Source of the DNA: Gekko japonicus
Lineage: Eukaryota
Direction: 5' to 3'
DNA: 64,000 bases
Assembly (NCBI RefSeq): GCF_001447785.1
Contig: NW_015160262.1
Span: 198,912-262,911 of the forward strand
A program made the translations under genes and the position numbers. This document shows, one piece after another, positions 23,861-38,143 of the stretch (its first letter is position 1; each line of letters begins with the position of its first letter). Below the pieces are notes generated by a model. The model did no database searches. It was given only the letters and a program-made list of their open reading frames with translations, and was not told where the DNA came from.

Positions 23861-26800
23861 CTACCACCAGACTTACACCTCCATAGTAAGCACAGTCGCT
23901 CTGAAGTAAAGGCACTAAACAACTAGCCAAACTGTTCTATTGGAGTACTTTAGTATTATTACTGCTGTTTCCCCTGGTTTTATCATATTTTGTAACTGCT
24001 GGAATTTTAGCCCCCTTAAATCCAAAGAAAAAGGCAGAATATAAATATTTTAATTTATTAATTTAAGGCAAGTATCTTAACCACAGTGCGTGTTAGTAGG
24101 TCCTATTGCTTTCAAAGGAACTACTGTATCCCATGTTTAGGGTTGGGATGCTAGCGCCCTTAACATCTTTGCACCTGGATATGTGCAACCCTGAGTCTGA
24201 TGGAACTTAGTAAGTGTGCGTAGGAGCACAGCGTGCATTGAAATGTGGGATTAATTTAAGAATACATTAGCACAGGATCAGGAAGCTGAGCGGCAATCCT
24301 CCGTAAACCCCACTGAGAACAGTAAGACTTACTTCTGAGTAACCATTCATAGGAATAGGCTGCCAGTGTTAGCCAATATGGTCTGCATTTCTCTGAACAT
24401 GTTTAGGTACAATTGTAGTTTTAATCAGCTATTAAGAAATCATTGAACCAAAATAGTTGGCTTTAAACCAATTTGCTGACCAATCCTGAATACATTTACT
24501 GCAAAGTCTACAACAGAGCCCTCGCTAAACATCTCATTCTAAGCAAGCTAATAGACATTTCCAGTTTAACCTGTTCAGGATGAGGTTGCCCATCAGACTG
24601 ATATTTATGGAGAATATTTTGTTTATTTACCAACTGACTTTACTGTGCACAGATGGGGGGAGGCTTATGACTGACTTGTTTCTACCCAAATATGTTTACA
24701 ATTGACCCATTCATCTTCCTTAAGTCACATTCTTTAGATTAAAAGGCTCCTGGTGCACTTTTAAGAAGCTTATAAGTGCTGTTCAAACAACTAAAAGACT
24801 GCGAAGGGTTAATTCTTCACAGAAACAGAGAGCCTTGAGTGACAGGTTGCTCCAAGCAATCTGATTGGTTAGCATCAGTTGAACAGAGAAAAGATTTCTG
24901 AACTGGATAGTGAGGAGAATTCATTCAAAATTCAGCCCTGACTGAGAGCAGTTTAAGAGAGACAGGAGAACTACGGAAAGTTGGCCAGGACGAGTGGGTA
25001 GTTAGACAGAGATTCCCATTTGGGCCAAGGGAAAGGGACAGATCTTCAAGAGAGAGAAAGAATTTCCCTACCCAGTCTAAACAGGGTGATACCTCTGAAG
25101 ACTACAGAGATCCCAGTTCTAGTGTGGTTAGAAACTGCCTTTGGAGACATTAAGAGTCAGTTAAAAACTCAAGAGGAGTACTGGTATTTCCAGAGAAGGG
25201 GGTTGGGTACTGGAAAGAATGTACCAGCCTTCTGGAAACCAAAGCTTTCTGGAAATCAAAAGAGTCAGAGAATACTCAAAGAAAGTGTACCCCGGGGCCA
25301 AAGCCATACTGACTGCAAAGTAACCCCTGAACTGCCATAAAACGGCCATAAATCTATGCAGAAGGTACCATTAAAACCCAATGGTCAAAGAAAGTGAAAG
25401 TAGCATGAAATGTAGAGGGGAATTTCTATTCCAGCGTGGGTTTGTTAAAACAACAGAGGGAAAAGCCAGTGCAGAATTGCCCCTTGTCTCTGAGGGAGGG
25501 AAGTGGATGGGGGCCATCATACCATCCATTAGCCAGGGCAGTGAAACCAGCTGTGTGTGTTGCAGGAACAATTGCAAAATGTTCGGTTGAGATCAGAAAA
25601 TCTCTTAGCTTTGTGCAGGTTGCTGCCAGCTGAGACTTACAGTGCTGTCCTAACAACACTTTGCTGGGAGAGCGAGCCCCACTATATAGTCTTGAGTAGA
25701 ATTCTGGGTAGACTTGCAAAAGTAAGTCCTTCTCTGTTGAGTAAGCAAATGCACTTGAGGGCAGAATTGTGTCTCATCTGCAGTTCTATATGCCCCCCAC
25801 TAATACTTTAATCTTTCACACTGGAGCAATGTAGTCTGTGATATCGGGGGGGGGAGGGGGGGGGGGGGGGGGGGAGATGATCTGACACAGGAGAAGAAAA
25901 AGCATTTAACTCCTTCCCTTGGTCCCATTTTCTGACTGAAAACTGCTCCCCCCAAAAGCAGGTCATACTAAATTTTCCTTCAGAAGAGAGGTAACAGCAG
26001 TTTAGGGGTGATGGCAATTTTCAGCTGGAAAACAAAACAAGGAGAAAGAGCTAAATACACCTCTTCCCCCACCCCGAATCCCCTATTGACATAATATATG
26101 AAAGAGAAACCCTCAAAAATAGATCATAGAACGACATGTAACTGGCAGCTGACTCCTACAATTGCAGCCTTGCTTACATTCAAGTTTGGGGGGAAAGGGT
26201 ACTGAGGATTGAATTGGGGCTGTTATTTGAAACTACAGAGATAATACCCAAACTGTGTAGATTTATTGGTGATACTGTGCCTGACTAGCTGTACACAGAC
26301 AGGCTCAAATGGCTGATATTGAGTCTGACCGTCATTTCACGTAAACTGAGAGGAGGCCAAGGCTATGTTCATGACTGCAAGGGCTAGACATTTCTCTGCC
26401 ATGTGACCCAGGGGCATCTTTTATGCCTGCACATAAAGCTCTCTTACTGGTTCATAGATTAAGTTGTGAAACATGGAAGGGGAAAACCACAGGAGGATCA
26501 TCATTCTGCATAGTTGGATGGCTGTTAACAAGTATCAATCAAGAACAAGTTCTACCTTCTTTGCTCATTCATTCATAGCTGGAGGATCACTATTGTACTC
26601 TTAAGTTTTGAAACAACTGAGAATTCCACATCTAGGAAGCTAAAGGGCTTTGGTACCCACTATAATTCCTGCATCTGATGAAGGGAGCTTTGCCTTTTGA
26701 AAGCTTATACCCTGAAAATGTGGACTCTAAGGTGCTACTGGACTCAGATCTAGGTTTCTAAAGTGTAAATCTGCCCCATTTGTTTTGCAGATGATCCAGG

Positions 26801-29616
26801 AGCTTTCTCTGTAAATTTGTGACTGAACAAGAGGTATTGCTTGGGCAAATAACTCTTTATTCTGCTGTGACTAATTCAGACTCCTTTCCCCAGAACATAT
26901 ATTCGGGTTATTTTCCTTTAAATAAGTGGGGCTTTTTTTAGGTAAACATGCTTTAAAATGGATCAATTTATCCAAGTTAATACAAAGCCAGCCCCCCCGA
27001 TTTACAATTTGTACTTCTTAGGCCATACTGTAAGTTTACATCTCATTAACTTATCTGTTCCGCAAGAACATCACTACTTTCATCTGGGCTTAGGTTAATG
27101 TCTGTAGACTTGAGTGTCTAAAGATAGACTTGAGTGACACAGGATTCTCACCATCTAATTCGCTAATGTCCCCCACATTAATGTCCCAGGCAGGCCCAGT
27201 ACAACTGCATGTACAATGTGACAGTGGCACAGCTGTGTAGCCTATGGTTGATGAAGGTGATCAGATGAACCTATAGCAGTTATATAAAAGGTTGCCGTTT
27301 TGCAGGTTCAGTTTGCTGTGCACGAGGCTGAAACACCTGAGCAAGTCTATTCAGATGTAAGTCCTATTTCATTCAATGGGGCTTATTCTTAGAAGAGTGT
27401 TCTTCTTAAGATTGCAACCTATAAAAAGTACTGGGGGGGAGGGACACATCCTCCTTTACATCTGCTCTCCCTACGATTAAGAAATAACAGAAAACAAACT
27501 ACCTGAGGTTGGATGTTTTTGTGTACATAGAGTGGTATGGTAACAGTTCTCCTGAAAACTAACTTGGAATACATTTGAAGGATTGTTAGTACCTATTGTT
27601 CTTCTCGGGTCATCCAAATCAAAACCCAGTTTCACCAAACCCATCGTTATTTGCCGCTGACTAAAATGGAAGCCTGGCGTGTCCCCCGTCCCTTCCAGAA
27701 GGTTTTCAGAGGCCTACCTCAATTGCTGTGAACTATTTTATAGTTGACTATTTTTTAAGAAATAAGAGCTGATCAGCAAAGACGTTAAAAGTGGTGCAGC
27801 CATTAGAATGCTAATTTATTGATCTGCTGAATACATTGTAAAGAGAAACATATTAATTCAAAGGCTAGTTTGGGGGCTTTTGTTTGAAATCACTTTTAAT
27901 TTTTTTTAAAAAAGTCCTGATGATTCTCCCATGTTTACAGCCTTACCAATTGTTATTGTTGTTAAGAATGTATATTTTCATTCGAAAACACGGGGGGGGG
28001 ATCGTTTTTGTAAAGAAGGGGTTGTTTTTTTACAGATCAAACTTTACTGTAATTTACAGAGTATGATAAAGTGAAGCATTTTGGCTGTGATAGTAGCCCA
28101 GCGATTATAAGCGTTCAATACAAAAGAGGGGGGGGGAAGAACATCTGATTTTTATTTCCATTTCCCCCCCAATCTGTGTTACGGAATCACTTTAGTATGA
28201 ATGTGGAAGTGTTAAATTATTGCAATGAGCTGGCACCATTCTATTTGTGTAAGAATGTTGCTTTCCATTGGGATCAAGCCCATTGCTGTTATTTATTTAA
28301 AATAAAGTCTGTTCTGTTAACTTGCCAGTCTGTTTGCAGCAGTCTTTTTTAAAAATGACAGATGTCTGGGCATAAGTTTATCAATCAGTTATACTGCATA
28401 CTGAATCTCTTAGATGAGGCAAATAACTCAAATTCAGCCTTTCACTGTTAAAGTAAAATGTTGCATGAGATCCAGAAAATCATTGTAAATTCTAGTATAT
28501 GCCCTGAGAAGAACTTATTGTTGTATTTCTGCGAGACCAAAGTGTCAAACTTTTGAGATTCCAAAATTTAACTGTGTTAGTATTCAGTTAACTCCATAAA
28601 TCATTTTAATCTCTGGACAAATAAAATATTCAGAGAGTGCTACATGGTGAAAATATAACACAGTGGAAATATGCTTAGTTCTAAGGATAAAGGATTACAG
28701 ATTCCATTTTCCTAGTGTCCATATTATTTGTATCTATACTGTACTATAGTATAGATACAGCATAGTATCTATATTTTTCATCAGAAATCTGTTACAGCTA
28801 CATCATACTTAACTTGGAAGTCCCATAGATTAATGGAATTAATGACACTCATGTAAAAGTGCTCAGAGCAAGGTATCATACCAGCAGCCTGATCAGCACT
28901 GGAACTACACATTCACTGCACCAAGATATATAATAGCAAAATCACTTTGTAAGTCTGCGGAGGAGACAGATAAAGAATCCAATGACAGTTGAGCCTCCTG
29001 TGCTCTTACTGGTTACAGCCAGGCCCTGGAATGTGAATGTACACATAAACAAAATAGGCACAAATATTTAATCTGCTTTTGGTCATGTTGGGATCTGGCG
29101 CGTCATAACCAGGAGGAGGGATTGAAGAATGACAAATATATTCTCATTTATGGAGTTAAAATTCCAAATAACAAAACCAGGAAAACTATACAACAGACGA
29201 GCGTTTCAAACAAAATCCAAGAGTTTTTAATTTTTAGGCAGAAAGCTAGGAGCTTTTTTTTAAAAAAGAAAGTAAAATAATAATTTGTATATAAATAAAT
29301 ATTTGCGAAGCTCCTCATCAACATATTTACCCTTCACAGATTTTCATTATATAAAAGTCATTCAGGAAGACCATTGGATTAGAGCTCTCTAAATGCTTTC
29401 TCTCAATACGATTATGTTAGTCTTTTAATGCAGGCTGAGGGCTGGGTGGAATAGTAGCACAGCACTACATGTGCGCAGTCAGTGCCAGTGGTAAGCACAC
29501 AGTACAACCAGGATTACTGAAGAATGGCTTTGTAAATCTTGTGTGCATTGGTGCATGGGGCAAGCATCTAAACAATATTATAGCAAGAGATTAGACTCAA
29601 ATTGGTGCTGCAGAAC

Positions 29617-29872
29617 AGAAGAAGAAGAAGATTTATACCCCACCCTTCACTCGGAGTCTCAGAGCGGCTTACAAATTCCTTCCCCTCCCCACAACAGGCA
29701 CCCTGTGAGGTAGGTGGGGCTGAGAGAGCTCTGACAGAAACTGCTCTTTTCAAGAACACCTCTGACAGAACTATGACTTGCCCAAGGTCATCCAGCAGCA
29801 GCGAGTGGAGGAGTGGGGAATCAAACCTGGTTCTCCCAGTTTAGAGTCCGTGCACTTAACCACTATACCAAA
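29617..29872 (-). mobile_element. Squam3-type SINE
   Basis: Close match to 4098-4345, (TTC)n tail. Confidence 0.8.
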
Positions 29873-30012
29873 CAGGACAACAAACTTCCAGTTTAAATTC
29901 TATCACATTTATTTTCACACTGCAGGGGGGAAAATCCAACTTATGGGTGCCACTCAAAACTTAGAATTAATGAGGGTTTAGGCTTTGTCTCTGCTGAAGT
30001 CATCAAGGGAAT

Positions 30013-30147
30013 GAGAGCCAGTTTGGTGTAGTGGTTAAGAGCGGCGGTGTAGTGGTTAAGAGTGGGTTCGATTCCCCACTCCTCCACATGAAGCCAGCTG
30101 GGTGACCTTGGGCCAGTCACAGTTCTTTCAGAGCTCTCTCAGCCCCC
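30013..30147 (+). mobile_element. partial Squam3-type SINE with duplicated A-box segment
   Basis: GAGAGCCAGTTTGGTGTAGTGGTTAAGAG with GGTGTAGTGGTTAAGAG repeated. Confidence 0.75.
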
Positions 30148-32618
30148 AAAAACAAGTCTAGCTTGCCACGTGGTGGTGCACCACACTAGGAGCTAAAACT
30201 TGCAGCTGCCAGACAATCCTAGGATCTCCTGGCTATTCCACACACAATACCATACGATAATTATTAATTGATTATCAAGACAATGGCTGGGAATGTTTTT
30301 ATGAAATTGCTGAGGTGGAAGAGCATCAGATCTTTGAAAGGAATGCATGCCCAATCAAACTAATAAAAACTGTGAGTCTGAATATCCAGAACAGCTGTAG
30401 GAGCTTCAGGGGTGAGGTTGATTATTTTCTAATGTTTATGACACAAAGGTTACACCCACTTAAGCTTCAAGTAACACAGAGGAACTTCCACTGCATTGCT
30501 ATGGAAGACTATTGCCTTGGGAAGTAGGCCCCTCTCAAGTCAGTGGGAAAAGTAAACATGTTTTAGACAGAGATGGAAGTTAACATGACTGTCTTCAAAA
30601 ATTATCCTTGGAGAACATCACACTGATTAATATTTAATTTAATATAAGGATTTAGAACTACAGTTTGGCAATCCAATTTTAAACGTGATGGATTAGATTA
30701 CCAATCAAACTTGCTTTCACATATGTGTGTTTAGGAATATTACCTAAGAGAGTAAAAAGGATATCTGCTATAAACAAACATGCAGCTGCAGGACTACTAT
30801 TTTCTACTGCAGTACAAATTAACACTTCTATGAAGAGTACTAATCGCTTTGAATTCTCATAGCTGCTGTTCACATAAAGGTTTAACACTGAAAGATGGTT
30901 ATGGAAAGAAACAAGATAGTCCTGACACCAGGTAACTCACAACCCTAATAGTAGATTTCCCTGTTATCCTGAAAATTACACAATTGATCCACTATATCAA
31001 TATCTGGGCTAAGAATCATGGAGATTATTTTAAAGTAACAGACGGTTTCAGTTTGAGGTTCTACATTTAAGACCGATAAGGGGGTTAAACAAGGTTGATA
31101 ATGTAGCACATAAGTACTATTAATACTATTTGGGTATTTTATGTGTGTCTACATCATTATTTCCATTTCCCCATGTTTTCCTATGGTGTGGATCACCATG
31201 GCAACAAATGACTATAATACAAGAGATGGTTTTCTGGCGAAAATGTTATTCACTATTGGTGCTAGCATCCCAAAGGAAGACGAAATCAAGAGTGATAAGA
31301 TCCAAACAAATCTCAGAAAATTTACTCACAGGAGCAGGTTTTTCCTTTCAATCCTCCCTTCCATTCATTCTTTTCTAAACCCTAGCCAGGTCTTCCCACT
31401 CATGCCACCTCTTTCACTACACATAGGAAGATACCAGAGATTCAAAAAAGTGTGAGAAGGGGCCAGAATTTCAATAGCACTTTACTCAAATACAAGCATA
31501 TCTTATCTTGCGATGTTTATATCTATACATTTGAAGGAGACAAACAAAACTCACTCTTCTGCAAACATCTTTAAGATCGTAAACATGATTCATGCTAAAC
31601 AAAGTATGTAATACTCAATGTATTTACTCCAGAGTAGTATGCATTTTGCACACTAACATCAGCGCAAAACCCACTGAATTCAAAATATTCCTATGTCAAT
31701 GTGCACAAAGTGCTAGAACACTGTGGTCCTAAACACTTACTTGGGAATAAACCCTAATGAAAGGAATTAGTCTTCCTTCTGGGTCAAAATGGCTCTGTTC
31801 AAGCTGCAATATTTAAACAGCCAATTGAGCTATCATGAAGCAAACAATACAAGGTTTGTGCTGTGCCAAATGCTTCAGAGATGTCAACAAGATCTGCAAT
31901 TTTCTCTGCTGTCAAGACTCCATATGCTCAAGACTCAATTTTATAAGATAATTTTGTTGTTCAGCTTCTGCTTGACAACAGAAATGGACTTGGAAGAGTG
32001 CAACTCCACTTTAGAATTGCACTATTTTACTGAAAAATTTAAAACAAGCTGTCATCATCTAAGCCTGTCCAAAAAAGGTTGTTTTGACACAAGGGTATGC
32101 TTAAACCAAATAAATCTGCATCTCTCTTTGACTGGCAAAATCTACATCCACTGCATTTTAACTGAGGTAAGAGCATATTTATGTATGGTTATTTCAGAGT
32201 GTTAAAGGACAGCCTGTTATCGGATAATCTATTCATTTTACAGCTCAACTGCAAAATAAGTTTTTAGTACAAGTAGCACAAAAGTACAAAGTCTAGATTT
32301 TTTAAAATCCATATAATTCTCACAAGGAGAAACCTAAAAAGAGGCCAAATAGGATGGTGGACATTCAAGATCCGAGATTGTATGTGTGCATGTATGCGTG
32401 TGTGTAGAATGTACATATTTTAGTTTTAAAATATGCATTTATATAGAAGAATAAACTAACATAAGGGACTCCACCAAAAAGCTAATAAACAGAAGGTAAA
32501 GATGTATTTCAAAGTTCAGCAAAAAAATTTCAATGGGCTTCAAAATACTTCAAGGGAATTTTGTAACAATGAGTATAACTTTTTATTCTTTTGAAACAAA
32601 GAAGCAGTGTCTTCTTTC

Positions 32619-33143
32619 TAAGAACATAAGAACCCTGCTGGATCAGACCAGTGGTCCATCTAGTCCAATATTCTGCTTCACACAGTGGCCAACCAGTTGC
32701 CATTCAGGGCCAACAAACAGGACATAGAGGCCAAGACGTTGCCTCCTAGCCACTGGAATTCAGAGGCTTACGAGGAAGTCCCCTTTGATCACACCACGGC
32801 TAGCAGCCACTGACGGACCCATCTTCCACAAATCCATCTAAACACCTTTAAAAGCCAACTGTGCTTGTGGCCATTGCTACGTCCTCTGACAGTGAATTCC
32901 ATAATTTAATTACTTGTTGAGTAAAGAAGCAATTGCCTTTCATTTATCCTCAGTCTACTGCCCATCAATTTCATTGAGTGACCCCATGACTCTAGTAGTA
33001 CAGGAGGGAGAAAAGGTTGTCTCCATCAGTTTTCTTCAGCCCATGCATAATTTTATAAACCTCTATCACATTCTCTCTTAGTCTCTTTTTCTAAACTGAG
33101 AAGTCTCAGACTCTTTAGCCTTTCCTCATGGGAAAGATGCTCC
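32619..33143 (-). mobile_element. old CR1 3' fragment
   Basis: Reverse complement of the ORF2 end and 3' UTR (taagaacataag terminus) similar to 47450-47980. Confidence 0.8.
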
Positions 33144-33639
33144 TGTTAACCCCTATATTCATGCAAGTAGACAACTTTAATTGAAATAATTTATTTTGAC
33201 CTCAGTTGAAGAAATAGAAGCTACTTATTGGTAGTTGCTAAAAATTCACTGGCCATTTTTGGCAGAGAAGAGAAATACTTACTACAAATAAGCTCCTTGC
33301 TCCAGTCTGGGGAATATAACAGCTGGGAAGCTCATAAAGTCAAAAGGTGAAACCCTCACTTTGAAGGGAGATTCTGTCCTGCAAATTAAGAAAAAACTTA
33401 CCTTAAAAGTTAAAATGCCTGCAAGACATCAGAATTTGCTGATCAACATTTCAAAACTGTAATATATCCCCAAAGAATTCTCTGCATTAAGGTGTTAATA
33501 TTTACAATCAGTGCAATCCAATGCAATGCATTCAGAAGCAAGTTCTATTGAGTTTCACATGATTTCCCCCTAGTTAAGTATACTGAGAACTGCAGCCAAA
33601 ATGCAGTGGAAAATATTAGGGTAAATGTTATGATCAACA

Positions 33640-35167
33640 GCATTCATTCATTCATTTATATACCGCCCTCCCCAAAGTGGGCTCAGGGAGGTTTAGGTAA
33701 AGTAAAGGTAAAGGTTCCCTTGCTCAAAAGCCAGTCGAATCCGACTCTAGGGTTGCGGTGGTCATCTCCATTTCAAAGCCGATAAGCCAGCGCTGCCCGA
33801 AGACATTTCCGTGGTCATGTGGCCAGCATGACTAAACACCAAGGCCCACGGAACGCTGTTACCTGCCCACTGTAGTGGTACCTATTTATCTACTTGCAAT
33901 TTCTTGCTTTCAAACTGCTAGGTTGGCATGAGCTGGAACTAGAGACGGGAGCTCACTCCGTCATGCGGCACACTCAGGTGCTGAACTACTGACCTTCCAC
34001 AGCCTGCAGTTCAATGTCTTAACCACTTGAGCCACCGCAGCTCAATTTACATCACAATTTAATAAGTACACTTAAAACACTTTAAAACAACATTATAAAA
34101 ACAGAACAGAATCATAAAATACCATGTAAATGGTTGGATCAGATGTCAATCAGGTTACCTAAAGTGCAACAGTGGACACCCCAGGACACCAATGGGGGAG
34201 AATTAGCCATGAAAGGGGAGGGGCGCCCGCCACCTCAACCAAAGGCTCGGTGGAAGAGTGCCATCTTGCAGGCTCTGAGGAATTGTAGTAGATCCTGCAG
34301 GGCCCTGATCTCATATGGGAACTCATTCAACCAGGTAGGGGCCAGGGCCGAGAAAGCCCCAGTCCTGGTTGACATAGTCCAATGTCCCTGGGGCTGGGGA
34401 CTGTTAAGAGGTGTTGATTTGAAGACCTCAGTGCCCTATGGGGTTCATATAGGGAGAGGCAGTCTCAAAGGTTTGCTGGCCCCTGGCTGTACAGGGCTTT
34501 GAAGATGAGCACCAGCACCTTGAAATAGATCCGGAATTCAATAGGTAGCCAGTGCAGTTCGCACAGCACTGGGTGGATGTGTGCCCGCACAGACGTCACC
34601 ATCAACACCCGTGCTGCCGCGTTCTGCACTAGCTGTAACTTCTGGAGCACAGTCAAGGGCAGCCCCACATGGAGAGAGTTACAGTAGTCCGGTCTAGAAG
34701 TAAACATTGCATGGGTCACTGTAGCTAGGTCCCGGGGGGTGCAATATGGGGCCAACTGCCTGATCTGTCCCAGATGGAAAAAGGCAGACCTGGCAGATGG
34801 AAAAAGGCAGACCTGGGCCTCCATTGAAAAGGAGGTGTCCAGAAACACCCCCAGACTCTTCAGCCTTGACGTTGGCACTAATGGAGCCCCATAGAAGGTT
34901 GGGAGCCTTTCCTAACTCAGTCCCCCACGACTAAGGTACAGGACCTCCATCGTAGATGGATTTAACTTCAATCGGCTTTTCGTAACCATCTAGTCACAGC
35001 TTGTAACGCCTCATCCAGATCTCTGGGCAGCCGTCCATCAGTAGATAGAGCTGGGTGTCATCCGTATACTGGTGACAACCCAGCCCATACCGCCGGATAA
35101 TCTGGGCAAAGGGGCGCATATAGATATTAAACAACATGGGGGAGAGAATTGCTCCCTGCAGCACTCC
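33640..35167 (-). mobile_element. L2-type LINE 3' fragment, interrupted by a Sauria SINE
   Basis: RT C-terminal peptide SLGVFLD...SRPDYCNSL..GLP...LQLVQNAAARVL...LHWLP; (TGAA)n tail near 33640. Confidence 0.85.
33695..34043 (-). mobile_element. Sauria SINE inserted in the L2 3' end
   Basis: Same family sequence with ACCTTT tail. Confidence 0.9.
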
Positions 35168-36290
35168 TTCTGTTTCTTGCCATAATAAATAGCAATATAA
35201 TGTATCTAAGAGAAAAAAAGAGTCAACAGATGTCCAGTTTTGTGTCCAATTATAGTTATGACAATGTTTTGTCCCAGTTATTTTTTAATATAATGAACCT
35301 GTGCCAAGCTAACATCAAATGAACTTGCAGCTCAGCTATATCTGTTAGGTCCTAAGTATAGTTTGCAAAAGCTTCCAAATGAATTAACATGTGCTGAAAA
35401 TGGTTCCAAAAACCTGTATTAATTTAAACTTGATACAAGCTGCCTGGTTCCAATTCAACATTCTAATAAAGAGAATTGTCCCCTTTGAGCCTCACTATTG
35501 ACAAAAGGCTCTATTTGGACATCACAAACAAACCGGAGTTTGTTCATGATGAGTACAAGGACGGTTTATTCTTTTATGTGTGAGTCCTCCTTCCTTGCAC
35601 TGTGCGCAGAGCCAAGATTGGAGACTTCCTCCTCTAGAACGCTTTCAGGCCAGTTTGCCATGTCATCCAAATGTGGTCACCTAAACAAACTGGGGTTCAC
35701 AATTTTTTCCCAGTTGCCAAGATTCTAAAGAAGGATTAAATCATGGTTTAGAGTTAGTCTGAACTATACAATGATCATGGAGAGATTTCAATTTTCACAG
35801 TATACATGATTGTTTGGAAAGGTTAACACATGAATTTGGTGTGCTGACTTTTGTTACATGATCATAAATCTACGTTAATAATTTTGTGATTATTTTACAA
35901 TAATTGTTTTTGCGATTATTTTACAATAATTGTGATTGTTTTAGCCAGCAGCATTCTGAATGTTTGCTGACACTCATGGAAAATGGAGGTTTTTGCATCT
36001 GGTTCTGATTTCAAACTGAGAGAATGGAGACTAACTGTGTCTATGGCTCTCCTCCTAAAATACTGCCTTATACAGCTGCCTTTCAACATTTATTTATTTA
36101 TCTATGTTAGTATTTTATGTAGTTTATATGAATTTTATTGTATTTATGCTTTTATTGCATTTTAATATCTGTAAGCCGCCATGAGCCAGCTTGTCCAGCA
36201 AGGCGGGATGCAAGTTGAAAAAATAAATAAATAAATAAAAACCTAGTAATGACAATATTTACAACGATAGTAATGAGACAAGTGACTAAC

Positions 36291-36668
36291 TGTCAGGTTC
36301 TATAGTCAGATCACACCAGACAGCGCTTCATAAGAAGTATTCTGTTTATTGGTAGTTCATAACTATGACACTTGAATGTTTTTTGTCAGGAATGGCCCAA
36401 AGCAGCAAGGCACCCAAAGTTATAATAGTTTCAAGGCACCACCCATTACAAGCATAAGCCAATAAGCATTGTGCATGGTCCCTTGCGCAATAGAGAAAAG
36501 TGAGCAGGAGAAAAGTGAGCAGTTCGTTCTCAGCAGGTCAGGAGCAGCTGGAAGCCCAAGATCAAAAAAGCATACACAGATAACAACCCAGACAGTAGAC
36601 ATCTTTAGTGTACCAGGAAGGAGGATCACTCCCCACATATTCCAAAGACATGGCAGTGTTAACTGACA
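36291..36668 (-). repeat. 3' LTR (378 bp)
   Basis: TG...CA termini, homologous to 39580-40116, adjacent to the PPT. Confidence 0.92.
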
Positions 36669-36678
36669 TCCTGCCCCC

Positions 36679-38143
36679 CTAAAACCCTTCCCCCCGGTTT
36701 CTGCAGGAAACGAAGATGAAACTCGCGCAAAAGCAAAGGGGCTTTAATGTGGTCCACCTCCACCCATTCAGTCTAAAAACATGCTGGAGAAATGCTTTGG
36801 CCAGGACACGGGCCATAGGCCAAATGGGACAAAATGGGCTTGCTTGGTAAAAAGATCCACAATTACCCATATAATTGTTTTCCCCCTACTGGGGGGCAAG
36901 TCAGTGATTGGGAGAGAAGAATTGGACCTTGCCCTCATCCAACTTGATGTACGTGTCACGGTAGAGCTAGGGAGTCAGGCTGGGTCACAAGACAAGTCTG
37001 TCCCAGGGTGGGCAGAGGCAACAACAATCCTGGCGGTTTACCCAGGCGGGGCTTGCACATGATGCATGTTTGGCATGACTGAACAAACAGGGAAAGATCC
37101 TTCCTCATCCTGGGCCACCAGAACTGGCGCTGTACTAAATGCAATTATTTTACAAAGCCTAGGTGCTCTGCCAGTTTGCTGCCATGCACTACAGACATAA
37201 CCTCCCCCCACAAGGCAGCCGGAACAAACAATTTGTGTCCACGATACCAACAGCCGTTTGCCCTCTCTTCAACCTCCCCCTCCCTTTCCAGCTTTTTCCG
37301 ATCAGTGTCCGAGAGGGTGGAGGTGAACTTCATTTCCCAACCCCCCTCTACCACAGGGGGCGAGGCTTTTGCCTGGCTGTGAGTTAAGACTGCCCACCCC
37401 AACTGGGAGGGAGTGAATATCGAGTCCAGCACGCCCTCACACTGACTGTCGTGTTGAGGTAGGCGGGAGAATGCATCCGCCAGCGAGTTGGCTTTGCCCG
37501 GGAAATGGTGGCGGGTGAAATTGAACTTGGAAAAGAAATCCGCCCATCGCAACTGCTTAGCGTTAAGGTTGCGGGACGTCCGCAATACCTCCAAGTTCTT
37601 ATGATTGGTCCAGATTTCAAAAGGCACCCGTGCCCCCTCCAACCAGTGGCGCCAGGCCGAGAGGGCCCACTTAATCGACCCCGCTTCCTTGTCCCATATC
37701 GACCAAGAGCGCTTAGTGTCATTGAACTTACGGGAGACATAGGCGAGGGGATGCAATCTCCCATCCCCCCTCTTCTTGCAAGATGGCACCGCCTATAGCG
37801 ACATCTAATGCATCAACTTGCACAATAAATTTTTTATTTTCGTTGGGGTGTGCTAAAACAAGTTCAGACGTGAACAGAGCCTTCAAACGATCAAACGCCT
37901 CCTAACATCCGATCGGCCACATCAGCTTGGCACCTGGCCGAGTACTCTTGGGTCCCATTCCTTTCGTTTTTAACAAATCCGTGAGCGGTAAGCTCACCTG
38001 AGCAAAATTGACGAAAAATCTATAACAATTGGTGAATCCAAGGAACGCTTGGAGCTGCCTCCGGGTGTGAGGTGGCTCCCACCCCAGTATGGGTCATCTC
38101 CAACCCCTTAGGGGAGATGTGATAGCCGAGGAAATCGATCTCC
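36679..38143 (-). pseudogene. pol remnant: RT C-terminus, RNase H, integrase zinc finger and start of core, chromodomain tail
   Basis: EIDFLGYHIS, QLQAFLGFTN, LHPLAYVSRKF...WRHWLEGA...ANSLADAFSR, H..H/C..C (VHGSKLAEHLG...CQTC), ITDLPPSRGKTIIWVIVDLFTK, EWVEVDHIKAPLLLREFH. Confidence 0.9.

Noticed and set aside
24790-25360. Possible solo LTR downstream of RGS9BP
   Set aside because: LTR-like composition and TG start, but I found no clear CA end, TSD or second copy.
33283-35724. Minus-strand exon-like segments (33283-33378 with AG/GT ends; acceptor near 35725) hinting at a hidden gene or lncRNA between RGS9BP and NUDT19
   Set aside because: Short peptides with no recognisable homology and no consistent exon chain; cannot be supported without RNA data.
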